A stretch of 63,808 nucleotides of DNA, filler included. It is 5 parts of 5 records of this genome, joined end to end, with 100 filler letters (N's around TTAATTAATTAA, not from the genome) between each part and the next. Parts side by side here need not be neighbours in the genome. Positions count along the whole stretch, not along the records: positions 32,383 to 46,327 come from DRR723986_7096; positions 46,428 to 56,302 come from DRR723986_7108; 3 more parts are not named here. The stretch is one strand, 5' to 3'. The notes under the pieces are model-generated. The model ran no database searches and was not told the origin of the DNA. It worked only from the letters and a program-made list of their open reading frames with translations. The translations under genes were made by a program, and so were the position numbers. Positions 36,880 to 46,767 of the stretch are shown piece after piece; the first letter of the stretch is position 1, and the number at the start of each line of letters is the position of its first letter.

Positions 36880-39219
36880 ATGGCTAAAGACAAACCCGAT
36901 AAAACTCCACCCAAACGCGGCGCCAAAAGCGCCAAAAAAGCAGCACCAAAAAGTCCCCCTAAAACTGCTCCCAAGACGCCCCCCAAACCGCCGGTTCTTC
37001 CCGAAATTTCGCCCCTGCAGTGGATTAAGGGTGTTGGCCCCAAGCGCGCCGAAGCTCTTGCCGCTGCGGGAATAACAACTGCGCGTGACGTGCTCCTGTG
37101 TACGCCCTTTGGTTATATAGATCGCAGCGCCGTGCCTTCGCTGCGTGCCCTGCGCTCCGCCCTGCAACGCGAACGCGATAGCAGCCTGGTGGCTGAAGAC
37201 TTTGGTCCGCGCCGCGAAAAGATGATCGTCGCAACCATCGCCGATGTCCGCGACCGCCGCACGACACGCGGCAAATCGTTCGTGGCGATTGTTCTTGACG
37301 ACGGCAGCGGCGTCAAAGCCGAACTGATGTTCTGGCACCAGAGCGACTACTTCCGCAAACAGTTCAGCCCGGACATGCTGCTGATGGTCGCCGGACAGCC
37401 CGAGCTGAGCCGCAATGGTCAGATCGTTTTCCACCACCCGGAAATGGAGCGCATCGAGCCGGATGACGCCGCCATGTTCCGCGATGGCGCGATTCTGCCC
37501 AAATACCGCACCACAGCCAAAATGAAGTCCGCCGGCCTCAGCGGTCGGCAGATGCGCAACCTCGTCACTGCCGTCATTGAAAAAGCGCTGCCGGAATTAC
37601 CCGAGACGCTCCCAAAACATTTGCGCCACAAATTTGATCTGCCTTCGCGACGCGACGCATTGCGAACGATTCACTTCCCACCCGATTCAGAGCAGCTAAA
37701 ACGCGCGCTGCATCGCATGAAGTTTGAAGAAGTCTTCTACTTTGAACTTTTCCTCGCGGCGCGCAAACAAGGTGTCAAAATTCACGAGCCGGCTCCAGCC
37801 TGCAAAAAACGCGGTACACGCGCACGCAACCTGGTTGATGCGCTGCCCTTTGATTTGACGGGCGCACAAAAACGCGTCGTGCGCGAAATTGTCGCCGATA
37901 TGCGCACCTCTACGCCGATGAATCGCCTGCTGCAGGGTGATGTTGGCTCCGGCAAAACGGTCGTGGCGCTCCTCGCAATGCTGGTAGCGGCCGATAATGG
38001 TCTGCAGAGTGTCATGATGGCACCCACAGAAATTCTGGCCGAGCAGCACTTCCACTCGCTCAAAGCGTATCTGGAAGGTACGGGACTGCGTGTTGTCCAG
38101 CTTGTTGGTGGAATGCGTGCCAAAATGCGGCGCGAGCTGCTCGAAACAATCGCGCTCGGCAATGCCGACATCATCGTCGGCACACATGCACTTTTTGAGC
38201 CGACGGTGAATTACAATCGTCTGGGTCTTGTGGTGATCGACGAGCAGCATCGTTTTGGAGTCGAGCAGCGCGCCAAACTTAAACAGCGCGCCAACAGTTC
38301 GTTTAGCGAAGCCGAGGCGGCGGCAAACATTGCTCCGCACATTTTGGTGATGTCGGCCACGCCGATCCCGCGCACGCTTTCAATGACGCTCTACGGCGAT
38401 CTTGACGTCTCGGTGATTGACGAGCTGCCCGCCAACCGCAAACCCATCAGCACACGTGTGGTATTTGAGTCGCACCTGGACCAGACTTTTGACTTCATTC
38501 GCACGCAGGTCGAGGCCGGCAATCAGGCCTATATCGTGTACCCACTCGTCGAAAAATCCGAAAAAGTCGAAGCCAAGTCTGCCGAAGAACACCACGAGTT
38601 CCTTTCCGAAACCGTCTTCCCCGACCTCAAGCTGGGCATGCTCCACGGACGCATGTTGTGGTACGAAAAGGAAGACACCATGCGCGATTTCAAAGATCGC
38701 AAATACCACATCCTGGTGGCAACAACGGTGGTGGAAGTCGGCATCGACGTACCCAATGCCACCGTTATGTTAATCGAAAACGCCGAGCGTTTTGGTCTTT
38801 CGCAGCTGCATCAGCTTCGTGGCCGTGTGGGGCGCGGCGCCGATCAATCCTACTGTCTGCTGGCCACCAAGGACCACTTCCGCTTTCACATCAAGAAGTC
38901 GAGTTCGGAGATGGACGAACGCAAGGCCGCGATTATCCGGCTTAAAACGATGGAAGAAACGACTGATGGCTTCCAGATAGCCGAGGTAGACATGAAACTA
39001 CGCGGCCCCGGCGACATGCTCGGCACCAAACAGTCCGGCCTCCCCGAATTCGCCTTTGTGGATCTTATCAACGACGGCGACGTGATTGCGCTTGCAAAAT
39101 CCGAAGCATTTGCCCTGGTGGACAACGATCCGCATCTTGCCGACGAGGACAACGCCGTCATCCGCGCCCGCTACAAGGAACTCTATAACAAAGAATACGG
39201 CTTCATGGACATCGCCTGA
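36880..39219 (+). CDS. recG: ATP-dependent DNA helicase RecG
   Basis: KGVGPKRA, MNRLLQGDVGSGKT, DEQHRFG, SATPIPR, QLHQLRGRVGRG, RGPG. Confidence 0.97.
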   Translation: MAKDKPDKTPPKRGAKSAKKAAPKSPPKTAPKTPPKPPVLPEISPLQWIKGVGPKRAEALAAAGITTARDVLLCTPFGYIDRSAVPSLRALRSALQRERDSSLVAEDFGPRREKMIVATIADVRDRRTTRGKSFVAIVLDDGSGVKAELMFWHQSDYFRKQFSPDMLLMVAGQPELSRNGQIVFHHPEMERIEPDDAAMFRDGAILPKYRTTAKMKSAGLSGRQMRNLVTAVIEKALPELPETLPKHLRHKFDLPSRRDALRTIHFPPDSEQLKRALHRMKFEEVFYFELFLAARKQGVKIHEPAPACKKRGTRARNLVDALPFDLTGAQKRVVREIVADMRTSTPMNRLLQGDVGSGKTVVALLAMLVAADNGLQSVMMAPTEILAEQHFHSLKAYLEGTGLRVVQLVGGMRAKMRRELLETIALGNADIIVGTHALFEPTVNYNRLGLVVIDEQHRFGVEQRAKLKQRANSSFSEAEAAANIAPHILVMSATPIPRTLSMTLYGDLDVSVIDELPANRKPISTRVVFESHLDQTFDFIRTQVEAGNQAYIVYPLVEKSEKVEAKSAEEHHEFLSETVFPDLKLGMLHGRMLWYEKEDTMRDFKDRKYHILVATTVVEVGIDVPNATVMLIENAERFGLSQLHQLRGRVGRGADQSYCLLATKDHFRFHIKKSSSEMDERKAAIIRLKTMEETTDGFQIAEVDMKLRGPGDMLGTKQSGLPEFAFVDLINDGDVIALAKSEAFALVDNDPHLADEDNAVIRARYKELYNKEYGFMDIA

Positions 39220-39335
39220 AAAGCCGGTGCGAATCTGGATTCCCATCGCCTTCAGCTACTCCTCCCACACAATCACACAAAATATCGGCGGCGCACCAAC
39301 GTTTGTAGGCAGCATTAAAAAATTGCGGGAACATC

Positions 39336-40019
39336 ATGGCTATTCTTCCGATCTATACATTTGACCACGCGGTCCTTAAACGCAAAACCAAGCACGTTGA
39401 CGACATGGACGATGCGCTCTCTGAGCTGATCGACAACATGTTCGCCACGATGGACAATGCCGATGGAGTTGGTCTTGCCGCCAACCAGATTGGTGTCTCC
39501 AAATCGCTATTTGTGGTTGATGTCTCACATGTGGATGAAGATGAGGACGAGGCTCAGACTCCCGAGGAACGCAAAAAGCTCAAGGAAGCCGCCCGCGCCG
39601 AACAGGAAAAAAATGCCAAGGACGGCGACTCCAAGGATCAAGCTGATAGCAAAGACGATTCCGAACCCGAAAAGCTCGTCCTGATTAACCCCGTCATCGT
39701 CGATCTTAATGGCGACGAAGTTGACTTCCTGGAAGGTTGCCTCAGCCTCCCCGACTTAACGGGCACCGTCATCCGCCCCGAGCAAATTACTGTTAAGTAC
39801 TTTGACCGCGACATGAACGAGCAGGAGTTAACAACGGACGGTTTGTTGGCCCGTGTCATCCAGCACGAGATTGATCACCTGCACGGCATATACTTTTTTG
39901 AGCGGATGACACCAATTCGGCGCGCACGTTTGCACAATAAGATTAAACGCATTCGCAAGGGTTTAACACCCGCGGCCTACCCGTTATTTCAGGATGGCAA
40001 GAAGAAGCGCATCATCTGA
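39336..40019 (+). CDS. def: Peptide deformylase with charged insertion
   Basis: GVGLAANQIG, EGCLS, QHEIDHL. Confidence 0.95.
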   Translation: MAILPIYTFDHAVLKRKTKHVDDMDDALSELIDNMFATMDNADGVGLAANQIGVSKSLFVVDVSHVDEDEDEAQTPEERKKLKEAARAEQEKNAKDGDSKDQADSKDDSEPEKLVLINPVIVDLNGDEVDFLEGCLSLPDLTGTVIRPEQITVKYFDRDMNEQELTTDGLLARVIQHEIDHLHGIYFFERMTPIRRARLHNKIKRIRKGLTPAAYPLFQDGKKKRII

Positions 40020-40362
40020 TTGCAGCGCCCTTTCACCAGGTTCAATGGCTTGCTTTTTGATTTTTTTGTTAGTCTCCGGGTCTGAATTGTTAATTCCGGA
40101 GTCTGCCGACATTCAATGAAACCTTAGTGGACAAACGCGCAAATTCTGCACGGTACATCCACAGTTGAAATCCTCAGCCGCGAGCAACAATGTAGCGGAG
40201 CATCAGCATCTGTTTCGCAGTTCAATATCCCAGCGGATCACCAGCAGATTCAGCGACTTTAAGCTGCAGACTGCGCGACTAACAAGAAACTCACAAAGCT
40301 AGCCAGAATCCGTCAGGTGATGGCGCGGCGGTCAAGAGCTAGAAAAAAACAGACTGAAGCAA

Positions 40363-42546
40363 TCAGTTCCCCGCGGAATTGACTTTTTGCAGGTAGTCGC
40401 GATAACGGACAATTGAGTTGTACATACCCTCGGCAAGTTCCTGAATGCCCTTCTTTGTGTTCAGGTATTTTTCATCGCTTTTATTGGACAGGAAAGCAGC
40501 CTCAAACAGAACATTCGGCATCGATGCGCCAACAAGAACAAAAAAGCCGGCCTGGTTAACACCACGGTTGTTTAATGGCGTCGATTTATCAATCTCTTCC
40601 TGCAGCATGGTCGCGAACTTTTCAGAAAATTTAACAAATGCCTTCTGCGCCATGTTAACAACAATGAACTCTTCGTCGGTAAGTGTTTTATAGCGATCGA
40701 CATTCTGCTCAAACTTGACTACAGAGTTCTCGCGCTCAGCCACTTTAACGGCGTCTTCATTGCGACCAGGACGCAAGATAAAGGTCTCAAATCCCCGCGC
40801 GGTTTTGGAGGGTTTGGCAACCGAATTGGCATGCACGCTGATAAATAGTTTACCGCCGGCTTCGTTTGCGATCTGGCCACGGCGGTATAACTCGATAAAT
40901 GTGTCGTCATCGCGCGTGTAAACAACCTTGGTTTCCGGCATGTTCTCTTCAATCATTTTGCCTAGCAAAAGTGAGAGACGCAGAACGACGTCTTTTTCGC
41001 GCACACCGGTCACACCAATTGCTCCGGGATCTTTGCCGCCGTGACCTGGGTCAATGACAATAACATCCAGTTTCCAGCGATCCGACTCGCGCGCCAGGCG
41101 TTCGTTGGCATCAATTTGTTCGGCAAGCTGCACGCTAAATTCAATGACATTGCCAGCCAGACGCTTGTGTTTAACATCTTTAATACCAGTAGTAAAACGC
41201 AACCGATAGACTTGAATTCCGCGAATATTCTCCTGAGCAACAGCCGCAATCCCCTCAGTCTCGGGAAGATCCACCCAGCCGGCAGCATCGTGCGAAGTCT
41301 CAGGAAAACGAATTATTAACCTGGTACCGTTAAATTCTGGACGCTGATATGAGCTGATCGAAGCACCGGCCTCAAAACGCAACTTAAGCAGCCCACCTTC
41401 AACCTGCGCTTTAACATCTGTTATTGCGACACCGGCGGGAGACGTTAACATTGAGGGATCGAGCAAACTTGCCAAAGGCGCTGAGACTTCAGCGACCCCA
41501 GACGGATCGCGAAGAATAGCCGAATGACTGGAGTCAATCGTGCGCTCACGACGGCGTAAGTCCGGCGGTAGAATGTATTGCCGGCGCGCTGGTGGAGTTA
41601 AACTATCGTAGCGACGAACTGGGTTTTCGAAGGTCGTTCTGTAGCGCGGTTTAGCCGCTCCAGCCTGATTGTTGGGCCCTGGGCTGGACGAAGAAATAGT
41701 CTCTTCCTGTTCAAAGCCACGTGCCACAGCGCCGGATTGCTCACGAACCTGCAGATCCGCTGGAATGCGATAGTGATTGGGTGTCGAAAGGTCGGGTGCT
41801 ACATACGGGCCGCTGTGTAATCCATCGTCCTCTGCTTCTCCGGAATCAGTACCGTCGAACGAACTGCCGCCATTGTATTCGGAATCACCTGAACTGTTTT
41901 GGCGGGAACGAGTCGTGCGTGAAGAGCTGATCGGACCGGGCGAATATGTGTCGTTGGACTCGCCGCCGAACTCATGATCTTCCCCAGCAGCCCAGAGTTT
42001 TTCAGCCGGAAAGCGCAGAACAAAATAGCCTACCGTGGTCCGTTCAACCCAATAGATTCCCAGCACCTGCAGCGCGCGAAAAAATGGCTCGGCGGGTAGG
42101 TACAATTTGTTGTCGCGCTCAATTGACGGGTAGGCCATCTGGGCAACGCGGATTCCGTCTGAGCTTTCCAGAGCAATGTAAAATGATACGGAAGGACAGC
42201 GAAGTATGCCTTCGCTGAGGCTGAGTGCTGTGCCTGACTCAATGATAGGCGCGCGGTTAAAGAGTCCTTTAGCAACGTCTTTTAAGGCCAGGTAGACACG
42301 TCCGCCTACGCGCTGCGCCGGCAAGACCACACGCGCCCCGCTGGGCAAACCCACGCGATATTTGATGGCGGCATTGGATTTTGCATCCGCCGCCGCCTCG
42401 GCTGCTTGCAGATTGGCCGGATTTGCCCCGAACAGGACAGAACCGAACAAACACACACTGAGCAGCATGAGATAACTGGAGAGCTTGGGTTGGAATGTCA
42501 GCACGCTAAAACCTCCGCGTGGCGCATGTGGCCGCTTTTTAATCAA
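40363..42546 (-). CDS. N-acetylmuramoyl-L-alanine amidase (Amidase_3) with long N-terminal region
   Basis: IDPGHGGKDPG, EK, YTRDDD, FISVHAN, PNVLFE, signal peptide. Confidence 0.9.
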   Translation of the reverse strand: MIKKRPHAPRGGFSVLTFQPKLSSYLMLLSVCLFGSVLFGANPANLQAAEAAADAKSNAAIKYRVGLPSGARVVLPAQRVGGRVYLALKDVAKGLFNRAPIIESGTALSLSEGILRCPSVSFYIALESSDGIRVAQMAYPSIERDNKLYLPAEPFFRALQVLGIYWVERTTVGYFVLRFPAEKLWAAGEDHEFGGESNDTYSPGPISSSRTTRSRQNSSGDSEYNGGSSFDGTDSGEAEDDGLHSGPYVAPDLSTPNHYRIPADLQVREQSGAVARGFEQEETISSSSPGPNNQAGAAKPRYRTTFENPVRRYDSLTPPARRQYILPPDLRRRERTIDSSHSAILRDPSGVAEVSAPLASLLDPSMLTSPAGVAITDVKAQVEGGLLKLRFEAGASISSYQRPEFNGTRLIIRFPETSHDAAGWVDLPETEGIAAVAQENIRGIQVYRLRFTTGIKDVKHKRLAGNVIEFSVQLAEQIDANERLARESDRWKLDVIVIDPGHGGKDPGAIGVTGVREKDVVLRLSLLLGKMIEENMPETKVVYTRDDDTFIELYRRGQIANEAGGKLFISVHANSVAKPSKTARGFETFILRPGRNEDAVKVAERENSVVKFEQNVDRYKTLTDEEFIVVNMAQKAFVKFSEKFATMLQEEIDKSTPLNNRGVNQAGFFVLVGASMPNVLFEAAFLSNKSDEKYLNTKKGIQELAEGMYNSIVRYRDYLQKVNSAGN

Positions 42547-43588
42547 GCCAGCCCTTGCGCCGGAATATCAATAACATTGAACCGGCAATCAGGATGAACA
42601 GTGCCCAAACCATGGGATACCCAAAGGCCCATTGAATTTCCGGCATCACATCAAAATTCATTCCATAGATACCGGTTATCAACGTAAGGGGCAGAAAAAT
42701 AGTCGAAATAACCGTCAGAACCTTCATCACCTCGTTGAGCTTCTGCGAAGTCACCGAGAGATATGCGTCCTGCAAACCATTGATCAGGTCGCGATAGGAC
42801 TCAGTTAAATCGACAATGCGTACCAGATGATCGTAGACGTTGCGATAGTAAAAAGTTTCCTCGCCCGAGATGAGCGCAAACTCACCACGCGAAAGGCGGT
42901 TCAAAATTTCACGCTGATACGTTGTAATTTTTTTGAGGCGCTGCACACCTTTTTTGAGATTCAGAATTTTTGAAAGCGTTGATGCGTGCGGATGCTGGAA
43001 GACGTCCAGCTCCAATTGATCCACCAGGTCATCAAAGTACTCCATTACCGGCGTATAGTTGGCAACGATGCGATCGATGATGATGTGGAAGACATAATCC
43101 GAGCCACGGCCGAGCGCGCGACTATTTTTCTGGCACATCTCCCAGGCGTAATCAATTGACTCGGAGGCCTCATAGTGGTGCGTCACAATAAAACGCGGGC
43201 CCAGAAAAGTGTTTATCTGGCGGGTTGGGAACTTGATATTAAACAGACGGTCCTCTTCATCGGTGTCACCATCGGGCAGATAGCTGAAACTTTCGATGGG
43301 CCTGTCGACCGGATTGAAGATCACAAATAGGTAGTCGTGATAGTCTTCGACTTTGGGATAGTGATCCCCCTCTTCGGGTTCGAGGCGTTCGCGCTGGCAA
43401 TCTTCGACGGTCAGAGAGTGAAAGAGGAAATAGTGAATCAGGATTGTTTCTTCTTCTTCCACGGATGGGTTGTGCATGTCAACCCACACGATGGCATCCT
43501 TATAGTCGGGATCGTTCCTGGTGCGGAAAAGCTCCGGCAGAGTGATCTGCTTGACCTTTTCGTCCTTGAACATCATGATTCGAACCAT
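42539..43588 (-). CDS. corA: Magnesium/cobalt transporter CorA
   Basis: NEVMKVLT, PLTLITGIYGMNF, MPE. Confidence 0.95.
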   Translation of the reverse strand: MVRIMMFKDEKVKQITLPELFRTRNDPDYKDAIVWVDMHNPSVEEEETILIHYFLFHSLTVEDCQRERLEPEEGDHYPKVEDYHDYLFVIFNPVDRPIESFSYLPDGDTDEEDRLFNIKFPTRQINTFLGPRFIVTHHYEASESIDYAWEMCQKNSRALGRGSDYVFHIIIDRIVANYTPVMEYFDDLVDQLELDVFQHPHASTLSKILNLKKGVQRLKKITTYQREILNRLSRGEFALISGEETFYYRNVYDHLVRIVDLTESYRDLINGLQDAYLSVTSQKLNEVMKVLTVISTIFLPLTLITGIYGMNFDVMPEIQWAFGYPMVWALFILIAGSMLLIFRRKGWLD

Positions 43589-43630
43589 ACAGACTTCCGC
43601 GGAGTAGTTTTACGATAGCGTCGATTTTTT

Positions 43631-44623
43631 TTAGCTGTTGCCGGCGGGCTCCCAACCCAGAGGCTCCCAACCCAGAAATTGGCGCGCCTGTGCGGCGCTG
43701 CAATCCATAGTATTTGCCGCCGTGAGATATTGACGCGCGGTATAAAGCCATTCGATGCGCATCACCTGCATGATTTTGGCCTCCGTGCATCCAGCCCTGA
43801 CGAGCAGGACACCGCAGGTGTGGCGCAGTGAGAATGGCGTCAGGACCCTATCGCGCGCGCGTTTAACTCCGGCGGCATTGAGGCGCGCGTTGAGCAGCTC
43901 ACGCAATCCGCGTTTTGAGAGGCGTTTGCCTTTACTGCGTCCGCTGAAGGACACGAGCAGCGGCTGTTCGGCAGCGTCTTGCTGACTGAGATCACGACTG
44001 TTAACATAACGCTCCAGTGCGGCCAGCGCCGCCGGTGGAACTGTTACGAGCGCATCTTTGGCTGCACGGCCTTTACCACGAACACGTAGCTGCGTAGAAT
44101 TGGTCTGGTATCTGAGGTCACCAACATCGGCGGCAACGAGTTCCTGTTCGGCCACGGCGCAGCTGAGCATCAGGCGGATGATGGCCATGTCGCGCAGTTC
44201 TGCAGGCGTGGCTCCGCTGACGGACTCAAGTAATTGCGTGATGTCTTGCGGCTGCAGGAATGTGCGGTTGTGGACTTGCGGCCGGCGGCCGCCGACGACT
44301 TCGAGCGCGGAGCTGTCTTCGAGGACGGAAGAATCGAGCAGCTTTTGCACGAGTTTGCGGAGCGCCGTCATATACGTGGCTATTGATGCATTCTGAAATT
44401 TGCGTTGCTCGGCCAGATGGGCGCGATAGCGCTCAACGTCCGTACGACGGAAGAAAAAGTGGCGGTCGCGCGCGTAAAAACGCTTGAACTCATTGAGCGC
44501 GCGTTGGTAGGTGCCGGCAGTCTCTACGTTGTGTTGCGCATGTTCCTCAGCCAGCAGGTCGCAGTAACGCTCGACTTCGGCCAAGGGCAATTTGACGAGT
44601 TTCTGGCGTGCAGCCTGGGACAT
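43631..44623 (-). CDS. XerC/D-like tyrosine recombinase-fold protein with degenerate catalytic residues
   Basis: SAM-like N-domain, RDMAIIRLML, GKG, TPFSLRHT, RQY. Box I Arg and both His positions are substituted. Confidence 0.8.
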   Translation of the reverse strand: MSQAARQKLVKLPLAEVERYCDLLAEEHAQHNVETAGTYQRALNEFKRFYARDRHFFFRRTDVERYRAHLAEQRKFQNASIATYMTALRKLVQKLLDSSVLEDSSALEVVGGRRPQVHNRTFLQPQDITQLLESVSGATPAELRDMAIIRLMLSCAVAEQELVAADVGDLRYQTNSTQLRVRGKGRAAKDALVTVPPAALAALERYVNSRDLSQQDAAEQPLLVSFSGRSKGKRLSKRGLRELLNARLNAAGVKRARDRVLTPFSLRHTCGVLLVRAGCTEAKIMQVMRIEWLYTARQYLTAANTMDCSAAQARQFLGWEPLGWEPAGNS

Positions 44624-44821
44624 GCAGCGGAACCTTTGGCCTGGCGCTTACAGCAGAAAGCGGTCCAGCGGAGTGATAGAATGAATTGATTCAGCGAATA
44701 GATTGTATCTTTGCGGCTTGCCGCGCTGATACACGTGCGGGAAATTACGAAATTTAAGCTTGCTGTGCTTGTGCCGATGCGCCTGCACGGCAAACTCACT
44801 TGCCCTGGCGGATGCAATTTT

Positions 44822-46240
44822 ATGGCGCGCAAAAAGAAGATTCGTGAAGTTCTGGACCTGAATATCGATTCGATCGGCTTTGAAGGCAAAGCCGTGGCTC
44901 GCCATGAGGATATGGTCTATTTTGTGGACGGTGCCGTCCCCGGCGATCACGTTGAGGTCGAAGTAATTCGCAAAAAGCGCCGCTTCAAGGATGCACGCGT
45001 TACCAAACTGCACAGCGCATCACAACACCGCGTCGACCCGGTTTGCAGTCATTTTGGCGAATGTGGCGGCTGCCGCTGGCAGCACCTGGATTACAACGAA
45101 CAGGTCCGCTGGAAAACAATCCACGTGCGCGACGCGTTTGAACGGATTGGCAAAGTAGAAATCGGCAAGCTACATGACACCCTTCCGGCTGAAAGCCAGT
45201 TTTTCTATCGCAACAAAATGGAATTCTCCTTCGGCGATTCGCGTTGGTTAACACGCGAACAAATTGCCGATGAGGTTGAGTACGACCGCTCCTTTGCCGT
45301 AGGACTTCACGTTCCCGGCCGCTACGACAAAATCCTGGACGTCGATAAATGTTATCTGCAAAGCGAATTCAGCAATGCAATTTTAAGTCGCGTGCGTGAA
45401 CAAGCTCTGGCTTTTGGCGCTGCGCCTTACGGTGTTAAGACCCACGAAGGGTTCCTGCGCAATCTTGTAGTGCGGCATGCGGATCGCGCGCAACAGAATA
45501 TGTTAATCCTGGTTACCGCCAGCCCTAAAAGCAGTGGCGACGAAAAGTTCTTGCAGTGGTTTGAGCACGAGATGCCGGGTGAATTCCCACTGGTTACAAC
45601 CGCAATCCATGCACTTAACAACAGCAAGTCTTCCGTAGCTACCGGTGAGCCGCGCATTATGCATGGCAACGGTTATATCACTGAAACACTCCTGGGTGTT
45701 AAGTTCCGCATCTCACCATTCTCCTTCTTCCAGACCAATACTCTCCAGGCTGAGCGTCTGTTTTCGGTCGCTCTCGATTATGCATCACCGACTGGCGATC
45801 AGCGAATCTGGGATTTGTATTGCGGCGCCGGCTCCATCAGTTTGTGTGCGGCGCAGAAGTCGGCACACGTCACGGGCATAGAGTTAAACCCAACTTCAAT
45901 TGAGGATGCACGTGCCAATGCTGTCCGCAACGGCATTAACAATGTGACCTTTATTGCGGACGACATGAAAAACGCCGCCGCCGACTTACTGGCGCGCTCC
46001 GAACGCCCCGACACGATAATTGTTGACCCACCCAGGGCGGGCATGCACCCCGATGTAGTTAAAGCTTTACCGGAGTTTGGCGCCGATACAATTGTTTACG
46101 TCAGCTGCAACCCCAGTACTCAGGCACGCGATTGTGCCATGCTCGATGAACACTATTCAGTTGAGCAGATGCAGCCGGTGGATATGTTTCCAAACACCTA
46201 TCATATCGAGTCTGTGGCGCGGCTTGTGCGCAGGAAGTAA
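44822..46240 (+). CDS. rlmD: 23S rRNA m5U1939 methyltransferase
   Basis: TRAM domain, CSHFGECGGC, YRNKMEF, SFFQTN, DLYCGAG, DPPRAG, YVSCNP, DMFP.T.H.E. Confidence 0.93.
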   Translation: MARKKKIREVLDLNIDSIGFEGKAVARHEDMVYFVDGAVPGDHVEVEVIRKKRRFKDARVTKLHSASQHRVDPVCSHFGECGGCRWQHLDYNEQVRWKTIHVRDAFERIGKVEIGKLHDTLPAESQFFYRNKMEFSFGDSRWLTREQIADEVEYDRSFAVGLHVPGRYDKILDVDKCYLQSEFSNAILSRVREQALAFGAAPYGVKTHEGFLRNLVVRHADRAQQNMLILVTASPKSSGDEKFLQWFEHEMPGEFPLVTTAIHALNNSKSSVATGEPRIMHGNGYITETLLGVKFRISPFSFFQTNTLQAERLFSVALDYASPTGDQRIWDLYCGAGSISLCAAQKSAHVTGIELNPTSIEDARANAVRNGINNVTFIADDMKNAAADLLARSERPDTIIVDPPRAGMHPDVVKALPEFGADTIVYVSCNPSTQARDCAMLDEHYSVEQMQPVDMFPNTYHIESVARLVRRK

Positions 46241-46327
46241 TTCCAAGCAGTTTGTTTAAGTCAGCCGCCAGTTAATCATTTAATTTGCTGGGGAGCATGA
46301 GCGCTTTGAGCCCGGCTCTCCACTTGC

Positions 46328-46427
46328 NNNNNNNNNNNNNNNNNNNNNNNNNNNNNNNNNNNNNNNNNNNNTTAATTAATTAANNNNNNNNNNNNNNNNN
46401 NNNNNNNNNNNNNNNNNNNNNNNNNNN
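46328..46427. other. Artificial contig linker
   Basis: N-run + TTAATTAATTAA + N-run. Confidence 0.99.
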
Positions 46428-46767
46428 CGCCCGCGCGGTGGCCGCGGGCGTGGTGCTGGTGGCGTCGCACCCGGCGCAGGGGGCCTCGCCCTTTCCCGCC
46501 GGCTACCCGGGCGTGATCGCCGCCACCGGCGATGCGCGCTGCGGCTGGGACGAGGTCTCTCACCTGCGCGGGCGCCTCTTCGGGGCGTGGTGCAACTCTC
46601 CGGAACGCGGCGGCCGGGGCATGGCGGGCGCAAGCCTTGGGGCCGCGCGGCTGACCGGCCATGTCGCGGCGCTGCTGGAGGGCGGCCACCCCCGAGACAC
46701 GGCGCGGATCATGGCGACGCTGGCGTCCCGCGCCACCTTCCACGGACGCGAAAGGCGCTGCGCATGA
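46428..46767 (+). CDS. qhpE: C-terminus of subtilisin-like protease, QhpE-like (5'-truncated)
   Basis: GVVLVAS, FPAGYPGVIAATGDARC, GASLGA (catalytic Ser region). Followed by ABC exporter and AraC gene, as in the qhp operon. Confidence 0.65.

Noticed and set aside
40020-40362. 343-bp gap between convergent def and amidase as possible ncRNA or small ORF
   Set aside because: Only a weak inverted repeat and short ORFs. No recognisable RNA family.
43646-43677. 15-bp duplication giving LGWEPLGWEP
   Set aside because: Two-copy local duplication in a non-conserved tail. No functional evidence.
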